From NCBI GenBank assembly GCA_047602405.1, contig JASGHJ010000002.1:3008001-3072000 (forward strand): a stretch of DNA of 64,000 bases, given 5' to 3'. The DNA comes from Anaeromyxobacteraceae bacterium (lineage in GTDB: Bacteria > Myxococcota > Myxococcia > Myxococcales > Anaeromyxobacteraceae). This document shows, piece by piece, positions 48,418 to 58,624 of the stretch (the stretch's first letter is position 1; each line of letters opens with the position of its first letter). The notes beneath the pieces are model-generated. The model was given only the letters and a program-made list of their open reading frames with translations. It was not told the origin of the DNA and made no database searches. The position numbers were made by a program, and so were the translations under genes.

Positions 48418-48424
48418 GGCCGCC

Positions 48425-49210
48425 CTACCCGCGGAGCAACCGGCGCCCGGCGCCGGAGAGGTTCTCCGGGGAGACCTCGCAGAGGCAGGCGAGCTCGTCG
48501 CCGCGCGCGTGCCCGGGATCGAGCCGCGCGAAGAGCTCGACCGCGGGATCGCGGAGGCGCGCCTCGGTCACGTCCCCCACCCCGGGCTTCAGCCGGTGGA
48601 CGGAGCGCTCGAGGCGGATGACGCCGGTCGCCGCGTCGAAGCGCGCGCCGTACCGCTCGCGCGCGACGAGCGCGAGCCGCGCGGCGAGGTCCGGGGCGGC
48701 CTCGCGGGCCGCGGGGTGGTGGCGGCGGAAGAGCGTCGCCATCACCCGGTAGGTCCGGTGACCGGACGCGATCAGGAACCAGTCGAGCGGCTCGCCCGGC
48801 GCCTCGGCGGCCGCCGCGAGCGCACTCCGGAGCCAGGTCCGGATCGCGACCGGCGAGCGCCACGCGACGGGGTCGACGATCGTGTCGCCGCTGAAGAGCA
48901 CGCGGCGGCCCGTCGCCGCCGAGCGGTAGGCGAGCAGCGTCGAGAAGCCGCGCACCGCGCCCAGGCCGTCGGTGACGAGGACCACCCGGTCCTTCTCGTC
49001 GAGGTCGCGCTCGAAGTCCTCCCGGACCACGCCGTCGTAGTGGCGCTCGAGGAGCGCGAGCATCCCGGCGCGGGTCGCGCGGTCGAGCAGGCGCACCGGC
49101 ACGCAGGCGCCCGAGAGCGCCTCCTCGGGCGGCACGGGCTCGTGGAGCGGCACGGCCTTCTCGCCCGACGGGGTCCGGGCGGCGGGCGCGGCGAGCGTGG
49201 TGACGGTCAC
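48425..49210 (-). CDS. Hypothetical protein, probable GNAT-like fold
   Basis: FERDLDEKD, VRGFST, LFSGDTIVDP, WFLIASGHRTYR and PGHARGDELACL. Confidence 0.65.
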   Translation of the reverse strand: MTVTTLAAPAARTPSGEKAVPLHEPVPPEEALSGACVPVRLLDRATRAGMLALLERHYDGVVREDFERDLDEKDRVVLVTDGLGAVRGFSTLLAYRSAATGRRVLFSGDTIVDPVAWRSPVAIRTWLRSALAAAAEAPGEPLDWFLIASGHRTYRVMATLFRRHHPAAREAAPDLAARLALVARERYGARFDAATGVIRLERSVHRLKPGVGDVTEARLRDPAVELFARLDPGHARGDELACLCEVSPENLSGAGRRLLRG

Positions 49211-50295
49211 AGGAGGGCGACCTCCGGCGCGAGCGGGCGACCGTCGAGCGCCGCCACCCGGGCGGCCCCCTCGACGCGGTAGACGGCGAAGACGGTGGAC
49301 GGGTACGCGCGGTGGCGGTGCCGGCGCGCCCCGGCGAGGAGCGGGTGCCCCGCCGCGAGGCCGAGGAGCAGCACCCGGAGCCCGCGCCGGTGGGCGAGGT
49401 CGAGCGCGGCGTCGAGGAGCGCGCCGAAGGCCGAGGGGTCGTCGCCGCGCGCGTGCGCGAAGGCGAGGAAGCCCGCGGCGAGGGTCTCGCCCACCGCCGG
49501 CAGGAGCGCCGCGGCGCCCGGGAGCCAGCGCAGGAGCGGCCGGGCGAGCCGGACGGCGCGGGAGTGGCCGCGCACGACGGTCTGCTTGAACGCCCGCTGG
49601 TCCCAGAGCGCGCCCGCCGCGGCGAGGGTGCCGCCCTCCTCCACGACGAGGAGATCACCCGGGCCGAGCCCGCGCGCGCGCGCGGGGCACGCGAGGCGCG
49701 CCCCGTCGAGCCGCGGCGCGAGCTGGAAGCGGCGGGCCTCGCCGTCGAGGAACGCGGCCACCTCCGGGAGGCGCTCCGGCGGGCAGGCGCGGGCGGACGG
49801 CGCGCCGCGCGCAGGGCGGGTGGCGAGCGCCAGCGTGACGAGCTCCCCGAGCGGCCGGTAGGTGGGCACGCCTGCCCGGCCGCTCGAGAGGAGGCGCCGC
49901 GCGCGCGGGTTGTCGCCCACGATGGCGGTGAAGTCGAAGGGCAGCTCGTCCGGGTCGCGGGCCGCCTCCAGCCGGCGGAAGCCGTCGCCCAGCAGCGCGA
50001 GCTCGCCCCGGGCGCCCGGCTGGATGCGGAGCTGCCCGAGGTAGCCCACCCGCGCCGGCGCCCCGTCCACCCAGGCATCCCGCACGGCCCGCGCCGCGAA
50101 GCCGACCACCCGCCCCTCCCGCCGCCCCACCACGACCGCGTGGCGGTCCCCCTCCACCTCCGCGGCGTGGCGCCAGTCCGGCTCGCGCTCGAACGCCAGC
50201 GAGAGCGGGCCCGGGAACGGCGTCTCGCGCAGGATCCGCCGGAGCTCCGGCTCGTCCGCGGCCGCCATGGGCCCGAGCTCGACCGTCGCGCTCAC
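49207..50295 (-). CDS. Tandem GNAT-like N-acyltransferase-fold protein
   Basis: LAFEREP, VGYLGQLRI, TAIVGDN and LWDQRAFKQ; GTGA overlaps at both ends. Confidence 0.7.
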   Translation of the reverse strand: MSATVELGPMAAADEPELRRILRETPFPGPLSLAFEREPDWRHAAEVEGDRHAVVVGRREGRVVGFAARAVRDAWVDGAPARVGYLGQLRIQPGARGELALLGDGFRRLEAARDPDELPFDFTAIVGDNPRARRLLSSGRAGVPTYRPLGELVTLALATRPARGAPSARACPPERLPEVAAFLDGEARRFQLAPRLDGARLACPARARGLGPGDLLVVEEGGTLAAAGALWDQRAFKQTVVRGHSRAVRLARPLLRWLPGAAALLPAVGETLAAGFLAFAHARGDDPSAFGALLDAALDLAHRRGLRVLLLGLAAGHPLLAGARRHRHRAYPSTVFAVYRVEGAARVAALDGRPLAPEVALL

Positions 50296-51644
50296 TGGAC
50301 CTCGAGGAGCTCCGGCGGCGCGGCGGCGTCGCCGAGGGGGTGGCCATCGCGGAGCGAGATCTCGTCGTGGTGCAGTACGTTCGCGAAGAGGTAGCCCGCG
50401 GCGCGGCGGAGCGTGGCGCGGTTCCCGGGCGCCAGCAGGCGGGCCGCGGTGGAGCGCCAGGAGTAGAAGGCGCGCCGGGCGTCCAGGCACGCGCCGCGCA
50501 GCGTCTCGGGGCTCATCCGCGCCGGCCGGTAGGCCACCTGGCCGAAGCGGTAGCCGGGGTCGAGCCACCAGCGGTCGAAGAGGAGGCGCCCCTCGCGCGC
50601 GAGCCGGTCGTGGAGCGGCGTGCCGGGGAACGGGGTGAGGTGCGCGAACGCGGCGAGGAACATGCCCGACTCGCGCGCGAGCGCGAGCGACGGCGCGAAG
50701 GCGTCCGGGCCGTCCTGCTCGTAGCCGGCGACGAAGGTGCCGTAGACGGCGATGCGGTGCCGGCGCAGGTTCGCGAGCGCCCGCGCCACCCGGTCGCCGC
50801 CGTTGAAGGTCTTCCCCATGGCGCGGAGCACCTCGGGGTCGGTCGTCTCGAGCCCGATGAGCACGCCCTGGCAGCCGCTCCGCGCCATGCGCGCGACGAG
50901 GTCCTCGTCGAGGGCCGCGTGGATGGAGCACTGCGAGATCGAGGGTGCCCGCACGGTGGCGAGCCCGTCGAGGAGCTCCCTCGCGCCGGAGAGGTCGGCG
51001 GTGACGTTGTCGTCGACGAGGAACACGAGCGGGCGCTCCGCCCAGGCGGCGGCGACGTCCGCCACCACCTCGTCCACCGGGCGGGTGGTGCGCGACTGGC
51101 CGTAGGCCGACTGCACCGCGCAGAACTCGCAGTGGTAGGGGCAGCCCCGCCCGGACTCGACGAGGCCGATGGGGAGGTAGCGCCGGCCGCGGTAGAGGGT
51201 GCGGTCCGGCCGGACGCCGCGGAGCGCCGGGCGCGAGGTCGAGCGGTAGACGCGCTCGCCGCGCCCGTGGCGCCAGTCGTCGACGACCCTCGGCCAGAGC
51301 ACCTCCGCCTCGCCCACCACCGCGGAGTCGGCGTACCGCGCGACCTCGTCGGGCTGGAGCATCGCGTGGAAGCCGCCCATCACCACCGGCACGCCGCGGC
51401 GGCGGTACGCGCTCGCGATCTGGTAGGCGCGGCGGGCGGTGTAGGTCTCGACGGAGATGGCGACGAGGTCGGTCGGCGCGTCGTAGGGGATCTCCTCCAT
51501 GCGGTCGTCGTGCAGCACGACCTCGACGCCGCGCGGCGTGAGCGCGGCCAGCACCGCGAGCTGGAGCGGCTCCATCTGCCAGCTCCTCAGGTACCGCTCG
51601 CCGGGCCGCCGGCCGATGCAGGGCTGCACGAAGCTCACGCGCAC
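50292..51644 (-). CDS. B12-binding radical SAM protein (second of pair)
   Basis: VVMGGFHA, VGEAE, GRGCPYHCEFC, FLVDDN and TPFPGTPL. Confidence 0.9.
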   Translation of the reverse strand: MRVSFVQPCIGRRPGERYLRSWQMEPLQLAVLAALTPRGVEVVLHDDRMEEIPYDAPTDLVAISVETYTARRAYQIASAYRRRGVPVVMGGFHAMLQPDEVARYADSAVVGEAEVLWPRVVDDWRHGRGERVYRSTSRPALRGVRPDRTLYRGRRYLPIGLVESGRGCPYHCEFCAVQSAYGQSRTTRPVDEVVADVAAAWAERPLVFLVDDNVTADLSGARELLDGLATVRAPSISQCSIHAALDEDLVARMARSGCQGVLIGLETTDPEVLRAMGKTFNGGDRVARALANLRRHRIAVYGTFVAGYEQDGPDAFAPSLALARESGMFLAAFAHLTPFPGTPLHDRLAREGRLLFDRWWLDPGYRFGQVAYRPARMSPETLRGACLDARRAFYSWRSTAARLLAPGNRATLRRAAGYLFANVLHHDEISLRDGHPLGDAAAPPELLEVQ

Positions 51645-53090
51645 GGCGCCCTCCGGGGCTCGTCGGCGGGGGCGGCGGCGGACGCCGCGACGGCGGCCGC
51701 GGCGGGCGCCGCGACGGCGATGGGCCCGGCCGCGGCGGCGCGCTCGAGGGGCGACGGCGGCGCCGGGCTGAAGCCGACGATCCAGTCGCAGGTGTAGAAG
51801 CGGTGGAGGTTGCGCGCGTAGAAGCGGTAGCCGAGGTTCGCGGCGAGGAGGAGGTGCGGGTCCACCCGGGAGCGGAGGAGCCGCGAGGCGATGCTGCGGA
51901 GCCGGTAGGCGTGGCGCCAGGCCCGCTGGTGGCCCTCCTCGAGCTCCCGCACGGTCATGTTCCTCGGCTGGAAGACGACGTGCTGGGCGTCGTAGAGCTC
52001 CCAGTTCCGCGTGAGGATCCGGCCCTCGGCGTCGAGCCGCCGGTGGAGCGGCGTGCCGGGGAACGGCGTCACGATGGCGAAGCGCGGGAGATCGATGGCG
52101 GCGTCCACCGCGAAGCGCGCGGTCTTCTCGAAGACGTCGGGGGTGTCGTCGTCGAGCCCGAACGCGAAGCAGCCCATGAGCGCGATGCGGTGCCGGTGGA
52201 GGTCCGCGACGAGCGCCTTGTAGCGCTCGGGGTCGTTGAAGCCCTTCCGCGTCTTCGCGAGCGAGGCCTCGCAGAGCGACTCGAGCCCGATGAGCAGGCC
52301 CGCGCAGCCGCTCCGCGCGGCGAGCGCGAGGAGGTCCCGGTCGAGGCCGATGAGGGTCGTCGCGAGGCCGTACCAGCGGATGCGGAGCGGCACGAGCGCC
52401 TCGAAGAGGCGCGCCGCGTACCGGGTGTCGGAGACGAGGTTGAGGTCGATGAAGAGGACCTTCGGGGCGCCGAAGCGGCGGATGTCCTCGACGACGTCCT
52501 CGACCGGCTTCTGATGCTGCCTGCGCCCCCAGGCGGCGGGCGCGACGCAGAACTCGCAGTCGTGCGCGCAGGAGCGGGTCGCCTCGAAGACGGCGCGGGT
52601 GAAGTACTTCGCGGGATTCGAGGAGCTCGCGCCGCGGGAAGGGCAGCCCGGCGAGCGAGAGGTGCTCGCCCTGCGCGTAGCGCGGCGCGAGGCGCCCGGC
52701 CGCGAGGTCGCGCAGGAGCCGCGGCCAGGTCTCCTCGGCGTAGCCGGTGACCACCGCGTCGGCGTGCGCCTGGGCCTCGTCCGGCACGAGCGTCGGGTGC
52801 GGCCCGCCGAGCACCACCTTCGTCCCGCGGGCGCGGAGCCGGTCGGCGATGGCGTAGCCGCGGAGCGAGGAGCCGGTGATGAGCGTGATGCCCACGAGGT
52901 CGGCGTCGATCCGGTCCGGGTCGACGTCCTGGATCCCCTCGTCGAGGAGCTCGACCTCGGCGTGCAGCTCCGGCGGGACGTAGGCGGCGAGCGTCGTGAG
53001 CGTGAGCGGCCCGTAGCGGAGCGAGCGGCCGAAGATGCCGCCGCGGTGCCGGTAGAGCGGGCCCTTCGGAGAGACGAGCGCGATGCGCAT
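51635..53090 (-). CDS. B12-binding radical SAM protein (first of pair); +1 frameshift at ~52617
   Basis: VVLGGPHPT; after removing one base at GATTC 52615-52619 reads LDPAKYF...TRSCAHDCEFC...TPFPGTPL (485 codons). Confidence 0.88.
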
Positions 53091-53209
53091 GGGACCTCCT
53101 CGGGAAGGATGCCGCGGGCCGGGCCCGGTGTGACGTCATGGTGAACCCTCCTGGGCACCCGGTCGAGACCGCCGTTGCCACGCGGACCGATACCCGGTCT
53201 CATGGCGGC

Positions 53210-54158
53210 ATGCGCACGCGCTCCACGCTCCTGGCCCTCGCGGCCCTCCTCTCCTCGTCCCCGGCGCTCGCCCACGAGCGCGTCCTCCTCGCCCAGTCCG
53301 GCAAGCCCGCGCCCGCCCCGGAGAAGATCCACCGGGTCGAGAAGCTCGCCGACGACGTCTACGCGATCATCACCGACCGCGGCGGCAACATGGGCCTCGT
53401 CGTCGGCGACCGGTTCTGCGTCCTCATCGACGATCAGTTCGAGCCGCTCGTGCCGGGGCTCCTCGCGGCGATCCGCACGGTGACCCGGAAGCCGCTCAAG
53501 TACCTCGTGAACACGCACCACCACGGCGACCACACCGGCGGCAACCTCGCGCTCGAGCGGCAGGTGCAGGTCATCGTCGCGCACGCCAGCTCGCGCAGGA
53601 ACCAGGCGGCCTCGCCCATGACGGCGGAGGCGGCGAAGAAGGGCGGGCTCCCGGAGCTCGTGTTCGGCGAGGCCGACCCGAAGGCGAAGGCGATGCTGGC
53701 GATCTACCTCGGTGGGATGGAGCTGCACCTCGTCCACCAGGCGCCGGCCCACACCGACGGCGACCTGATGGTCGGGATCCCGCAGCGCCACGTGCTCTTC
53801 GCGGGCGACGTCTTCTTCAACGGGATGACCCCGTTCATCGACACCTCCGCGGGCGGCAGCCTCGCCGGCTACCTCGAGAACCTCGACTACCTGCTCTCGT
53901 TCGTCCCGGACGACTCGAAGGTGGTCCCCGGGCACGGCCCGGTCGGCACGAAGGCCGACCTCGCCCGCTTCCGCGACTTCCTCGCCGCCGTGCAGAAGCA
54001 CGTCGCGGCGAGCCCCGGGAAGACCGGCGCGGAGCTCGCGGCGAGCTTCGACCGCAAGGCCTTCCCCGGCATCACCGACATCCCGAACTTCCTCTCCTGG
54101 GAGGCCTTCTTCGATTCTCGCCGCCGGGCGGCCGCCTCGGCTCCCGAAGGGGAAGTGA
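53210..54158 (+). CDS. Secreted metallo-beta-lactamase-fold hydrolase; +1 frameshift at ~54115
   Basis: NTHHHGDHTGGN, AHTDGD, FAGD and VPGHG. Removing one T gives FDLAAGRPPRLPKGK-stop and removes a ~400-bp overlap with the GH2 gene. Confidence 0.85.
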
Positions 54159-54165
54159 GGCAGCG

Positions 54166-56685
54166 CTACTCGACGGCGATCGAGAGGCTCGCGGGCAGGA
54201 GCCCCACGCCCGTCGCCGTGAGCGTGATCGTGCCGGCGGCGCCGGTCGGCCGCACGACGGCGAGCGCCTTCCCGCGGAACGTCACGAGCCGAGGGGCCTG
54301 GAAGCTCGCCACCCGGTTCGGCATCGCGCTGCCCGCGGCCACGAGCTCGCCGGGGCCGCTCACCGCGAGGTCCACGGTCGTCGCGGCGTTCGGGTCGAGG
54401 TTCCCGGCGGCGTCCACGGCCTCCACGCGGACGAACGCGAGGTCGTCCCGGGCGGCGCCGAGGCGAGGACGATCCGGGCGGAGCACGAGCCCGACGGCGG
54501 GGCCGGACGTCGAGAGCGACCGGGTCGCCACCGGGACGCCGCCCGCGAGGGCGACCGCCCGGATCGTCCCCGCCGCGTAGGGGACCTCGAAGCGCGCGGC
54601 GAGCGCCGCGGCCGGCTTCGCCGCCGAGATGCCGGCCGGCCCCCGCTCGAACGAGACGGGCTTCTCGCCGAGGCTCACGCCGTCGAGCTCGAGCCGGACG
54701 GCGTCGGCCCGCGTGTAGACGGTGACCGTGAGCGGGGTCCCCTCGGCCCCGGGCCAGGTCCAGCTCGGCCGCTCGTCCGGCCACGCCCAGGGGAACATCA
54801 CCTCGGTGTCCCCGGCCGGCAGCGGCGCGTGGACGAGGACCTCGAGCGGGCGCTCGCCCCACACGACGTCGCGGTACGCGGACTGCGGCTTCTTCTCGCC
54901 GGTGAGGTCGAGGTCGCCGCACCAGGCGTTCACCCAGGGCCACGGATCGAGCCGGTTGAAGGGCGCGCTCGAGGGCCCGGCGTAGCCGACGGCGGGCTCG
55001 CCCAGGTAGTCCATCGCGGACCACACGAAGTCGCCGACGACCCACGGGTACTCGTCCACGCGGCTCCAGATGTCGTACGCGTCGAGCGGCACCGACTCGC
55101 CGCCGAGCATGACCGCGGCGGGGTACGCGGCGTGATCCGGCTCCCAGCCAGACTGGTTGTAGTTGTAGGCCGCGAGGTCGAGGAGCCCGTACGCGGCCAC
55201 GACCGTGGGGGTCGAGCCGGTGCCGGTCCTCGTCGCGCCCTGGAAGGCCTCGGTGATGGGCCGCTCGAGATCGAGGTCCCGCACCGCGGCGACGAGCGCC
55301 GTGGCGGTCGCGAGCCCGGCCTCGGTGAAGCGCTCCGGGATCTCGTTGCCGATGCTCCACACCACCCTCGGGTGGTTGCGGTCGCGCCGGAGCATCGAGG
55401 CGAGGTCGGTGGTCCAGCTCGCGGCGAAGTGCTGCGCGTAGTCGTCCGGGCTCTTCGCGGTGTTCCAGACGTCGGTGAACTCGTCGACCACGAGCACGCC
55501 GAGGCGGTCGCACGCCTCGAGGAGGCGGCGGGACGGCGGGTTGTGCGCGGTCCGGATGGCGTTGAAGCCGCTCGCCTTCAGGAGCTCGACCTTGCGCTCC
55601 TCGGCGCGGGCGAACGCCGCCCCGCCGAGGAGGCCGTTGTCGTGGTGGATCGCCGCGCCGCGGAGCTCGGTGGGCACCCCGTTCACGCGCAGCCCCTGGA
55701 CCGCGTCCCACGCGAGCGACCGCAGGCCGACCTTCAGGGGGTAGCTGTCCACCCGCGCGCCCCCCGCGTGCAGCTCGACCACGAGCTCGTGGAGGTGCGG
55801 GGTCGCCGGCGACCAGCGGAGCGGCGCGGCCACCTCCAGGAGCTGCTCGACGTTCACCGTCGAGCCCGCCGCGACCGTGCCCGCGCTCGCCGTGGCGCTC
55901 GCCGCGAGCGTCCCGTCGGGCGCGACGAGCCGCGCGCGGACCTCGACCTCGCGCGGCACCGCGGCGTCGTTCACGACCGTGACCGTGAGGCGCACCCGGG
56001 CCCGCTCGGCCGAGACCTCGGGGGTCGTGACGTGCACGCCCCAGAGGTCGACGTGCACCGGATCGGTCACGACGAGGCGGACCTCGCGGTACAGGCCCGA
56101 CCCCGTGTACCAGCGGCTGTTCAGGCCGCGGTTGCGGGCCCGGACGGCGAGGACGTTGTCCTGCCCGGGCGCGAGGAGGTGCGGGGTGAGGTCGTACGCG
56201 AACGCGGTGTAGCCGTAGGGCTGGTGGCCGAGGTGGTGCCCGTTCAGCCAGACGTCCGACTCGACGAGGACACCGTCGAAGAGCACCGCCACGCGCTTGC
56301 CCGCGTCGGCCGGGTCGAGGGTGAAGTGCCGGCGGTACCAGCCCGTGCCGCCGTAGGTGTACGCCTGCGCCGGGCGGCCGAGCGCGCGCGTGAAGGGGCC
56401 CACCGTCCCGGGCTCGTCGGAGGCGAGGTCCTCGATGCCGAAGTCGTGCGGGAGGTCCACCTCTCGCCAGGCGGCGTCGTCGTACCCGGGGACCTGGGCG
56501 CCCTCGTGCGGGTCGGTGGGATCCCCGACGACGTCCCGCGCGAACCGCCACCCGCCGTCGAAGGGCCGCTCCCGCGGCGGTGCGGCGGCCTGGGGCGCCG
56601 CAGGCCCGTCCCCGGCGCAGGCCGGGAGGAGCAGGGTCGTCGCGGCGGCGAGGACGACCCGGAGGGGCAGGCTGGAGGGGCGCAT
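54166..56685 (-). CDS. GH2 beta-galactosidase-like lipoprotein
   Basis: Lipobox LPAC; LPHD, SRWYTGSGLYR, IHHDNG, NAIRTAHNP, WSIGNE and WSAMDYLGE. Confidence 0.9.
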   Translation of the reverse strand: MRPSSLPLRVVLAAATTLLLPACAGDGPAAPQAAAPPRERPFDGGWRFARDVVGDPTDPHEGAQVPGYDDAAWREVDLPHDFGIEDLASDEPGTVGPFTRALGRPAQAYTYGGTGWYRRHFTLDPADAGKRVAVLFDGVLVESDVWLNGHHLGHQPYGYTAFAYDLTPHLLAPGQDNVLAVRARNRGLNSRWYTGSGLYREVRLVVTDPVHVDLWGVHVTTPEVSAERARVRLTVTVVNDAAVPREVEVRARLVAPDGTLAASATASAGTVAAGSTVNVEQLLEVAAPLRWSPATPHLHELVVELHAGGARVDSYPLKVGLRSLAWDAVQGLRVNGVPTELRGAAIHHDNGLLGGAAFARAEERKVELLKASGFNAIRTAHNPPSRRLLEACDRLGVLVVDEFTDVWNTAKSPDDYAQHFAASWTTDLASMLRRDRNHPRVVWSIGNEIPERFTEAGLATATALVAAVRDLDLERPITEAFQGATRTGTGSTPTVVAAYGLLDLAAYNYNQSGWEPDHAAYPAAVMLGGESVPLDAYDIWSRVDEYPWVVGDFVWSAMDYLGEPAVGYAGPSSAPFNRLDPWPWVNAWCGDLDLTGEKKPQSAYRDVVWGERPLEVLVHAPLPAGDTEVMFPWAWPDERPSWTWPGAEGTPLTVTVYTRADAVRLELDGVSLGEKPVSFERGPAGISAAKPAAALAARFEVPYAAGTIRAVALAGGVPVATRSLSTSGPAVGLVLRPDRPRLGAARDDLAFVRVEAVDAAGNLDPNAATTVDLAVSGPGELVAAGSAMPNRVASFQAPRLVTFRGKALAVVRPTGAAGTITLTATGVGLLPASLSIAVE

Positions 56686-56812
56686 TCACCGGCATCATGG
56701 CCGGGGCGCGCCCGCGGTTCTTTCGCGTTCTTGCACGGCCTGGGCGATCCCTGCGAAGCCCAGCGGAGCGGGTCCGGGGAGAGGCCCGTGGAGGCTGCTC
56801 CACGGGGAGGGG

Positions 56813-58141
56813 CTATGCCCCCTCCGGCGTACCGAAGACGCGCCCGAAGATGTAGTCCACGTGGCGCATGTGGTGGTCGAGGTCGAAGCAGGCGTCGATC
56901 TCGGCCGCGGAGAGGTGCCTCGCGACGTCGGCGTCGGCCCGGAGGGCGGTCTTGAAGTCGACCTTCTCCTCCCAGACCTTCATCGCGTTCCGCTGGACGT
57001 AGACGTAGCCCTCCTGGCGGGCGACGCCCTTGTTCACGAGCGCGACCAGCACCCGGCCGGTCTCGTAGAGGCCGCCGGTGAGGGCGAGGTTCTCCCGCAT
57101 GCGCTCCGGGTAGACCCGCAGGCTCTCCATCATCCCGGCGAAGCGGTGCAGCGAGAAGTCGAGCGTGACCGTGGCGTCGGGGCCGATGACCCGCTCGACC
57201 GACGAGTGGCTGATGTCGCGCTCGTGCCAGAGCGCCACGTCCTCCATCGCGGCGACCGACCAGGCGCGCAGGAGGCGGGCCTGGCCGGTGAGGTTCTCGG
57301 AGAGGATGGGGTTCCGCTTGTGCGGCATCGCGGAGGAGCCCTTCTGCCCCGGGGTGAACGGCTCCTCGGCCTCGCGGACCTCGGTGCGCTGGAAGTGGCG
57401 CACCGCGGTGGCGTGCTGCTCGAGGGTCCCGCCCGCGAGCGCGAGCGCGGTGAAGTACTCGGCGTGCCGGTCGCGGTTCACGACCTGGGTGGCGGCCCCC
57501 TCGGCGCCCTCGAGGCCGAGCCGCTCCATCACGAAGGCCTCGACGCGCGGGTCGAGCGACTGGAACGTGCCGACCGCGCCGGAGATCTTGCCGACCGCCA
57601 CGGTGCGCCCGGCGCGCTCGAGGAGCGACCGGCGCCGGGTCCAGGCGTCGTACCAGCCCGCGAGGACGAGGCCGAAGGTGGTGGGCTCGGCGTGGATGCC
57701 GTGGCTGCGGCCCATGAGCGGCGTCCGCCTGTGCTCGAACGCCCGCTTCTTCAGCGCCGCGAGGACGCGGTCCATGCCCGAGAGCAGGAGCGCGGTCGCC
57801 TCCTTCAGCTGGACGGCGAGCGTCGTGTCGAGGACGTCGGAGGAGGTCATCCCCTTGTGCAGCTGGCGCGCGGGGGCGCCGCCCTTCTCCTCGGCCCAGG
57901 TCAGGAACGCGATGACGTCGTGCTTGACCGTCCGCTCGATCTCGTCGATGCGCGCGACGTCCGCCGCCGTGAAGGCGTAGCCGTCGAAGGTCTTCTTCAG
58001 CGCGGCGAGGTCCTCGGCCGGCACCTCGCCGAGGCGGACCATCGCCTCGCAGGCGGCCAGCTCGACGTCGAGCCAGATCCGCAGGCGCCGCTCCGGCGCC
58101 CAGATGCGAGCCATCTCGGGTCGGGTGTAGCGCGGGATCAT
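56813..58141 (-). CDS. purB: Adenylosuccinate lyase
   Basis: MIPRYTR, GRSHGIHAEP, GSSAMPHKRNP and WHERDISHSS. Confidence 0.96.
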   Translation of the reverse strand: MIPRYTRPEMARIWAPERRLRIWLDVELAACEAMVRLGEVPAEDLAALKKTFDGYAFTAADVARIDEIERTVKHDVIAFLTWAEEKGGAPARQLHKGMTSSDVLDTTLAVQLKEATALLLSGMDRVLAALKKRAFEHRRTPLMGRSHGIHAEPTTFGLVLAGWYDAWTRRRSLLERAGRTVAVGKISGAVGTFQSLDPRVEAFVMERLGLEGAEGAATQVVNRDRHAEYFTALALAGGTLEQHATAVRHFQRTEVREAEEPFTPGQKGSSAMPHKRNPILSENLTGQARLLRAWSVAAMEDVALWHERDISHSSVERVIGPDATVTLDFSLHRFAGMMESLRVYPERMRENLALTGGLYETGRVLVALVNKGVARQEGYVYVQRNAMKVWEEKVDFKTALRADADVARHLSAAEIDACFDLDHHMRHVDYIFGRVFGTPEGA

Positions 58142-58165
58142 GGCGGGCTCCTCGAGGGCGGAGGT

Positions 58166-58612
58166 TCAGTGCTTTCCGGTCGACCCGAAGCCGCCGGCGC
58201 CGCGGCCGGTGTCGGTGAGCTCGTCGACGAGCTCGACCTCGGCCTGCACCACGGGGGCGACCACGAGCTGGGCGATGCGCTCGCCGCGGGCGAACGAGAC
58301 CGGCACCTGCCCGTGGTTCACGAGCAGGACGCCGATCTCGCCGCGGTAGTCCGCGTCGATGGTGCCAGGCGCGTTCACCATGCCGACGCCGTGGCGGGCG
58401 GCGAGGCCGGAGCGCGGCCTCACCTGCCCCTCGTGCCCGGGCGGCAGCTCGACGGCGAGCCCGGTGGGGACGAGCCGCCGCTCGCCGGGGGCGAGGGCGA
58501 CGGGCTCGTCCGCGCGGAGATCCATCCCGGCGGCGCCGGGCGTCTCGTAGCGGGGGAGGTCGAGCGGCGGGCCGCGCTGGCCGACCCGCCGGAACCTGAC
58601 CTTCACCGTCAC
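58166..58612 (-). CDS. dut: dUTP diphosphatase
   Basis: [28 protein letters not shown] and [10 protein letters not shown]. Confidence 0.96.
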   Translation of the reverse strand: MTVKVRFRRVGQRGPPLDLPRYETPGAAGMDLRADEPVALAPGERRLVPTGLAVELPPGHEGQVRPRSGLAARHGVGMVNAPGTIDADYRGEIGVLLVNHGQVPVSFARGERIAQLVVAPVVQAEVELVDELTDTGRGAGGFGSTGKH

Positions 58613-58624
58613 GCGGCGGATCCC

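Noticed and set aside
53131..53138. TGACGTCA palindrome between the rSAM operon and the MBL gene
   Set aside because: Only 8 bp and a single occurrence; not distinguishable from chance without orthologs.
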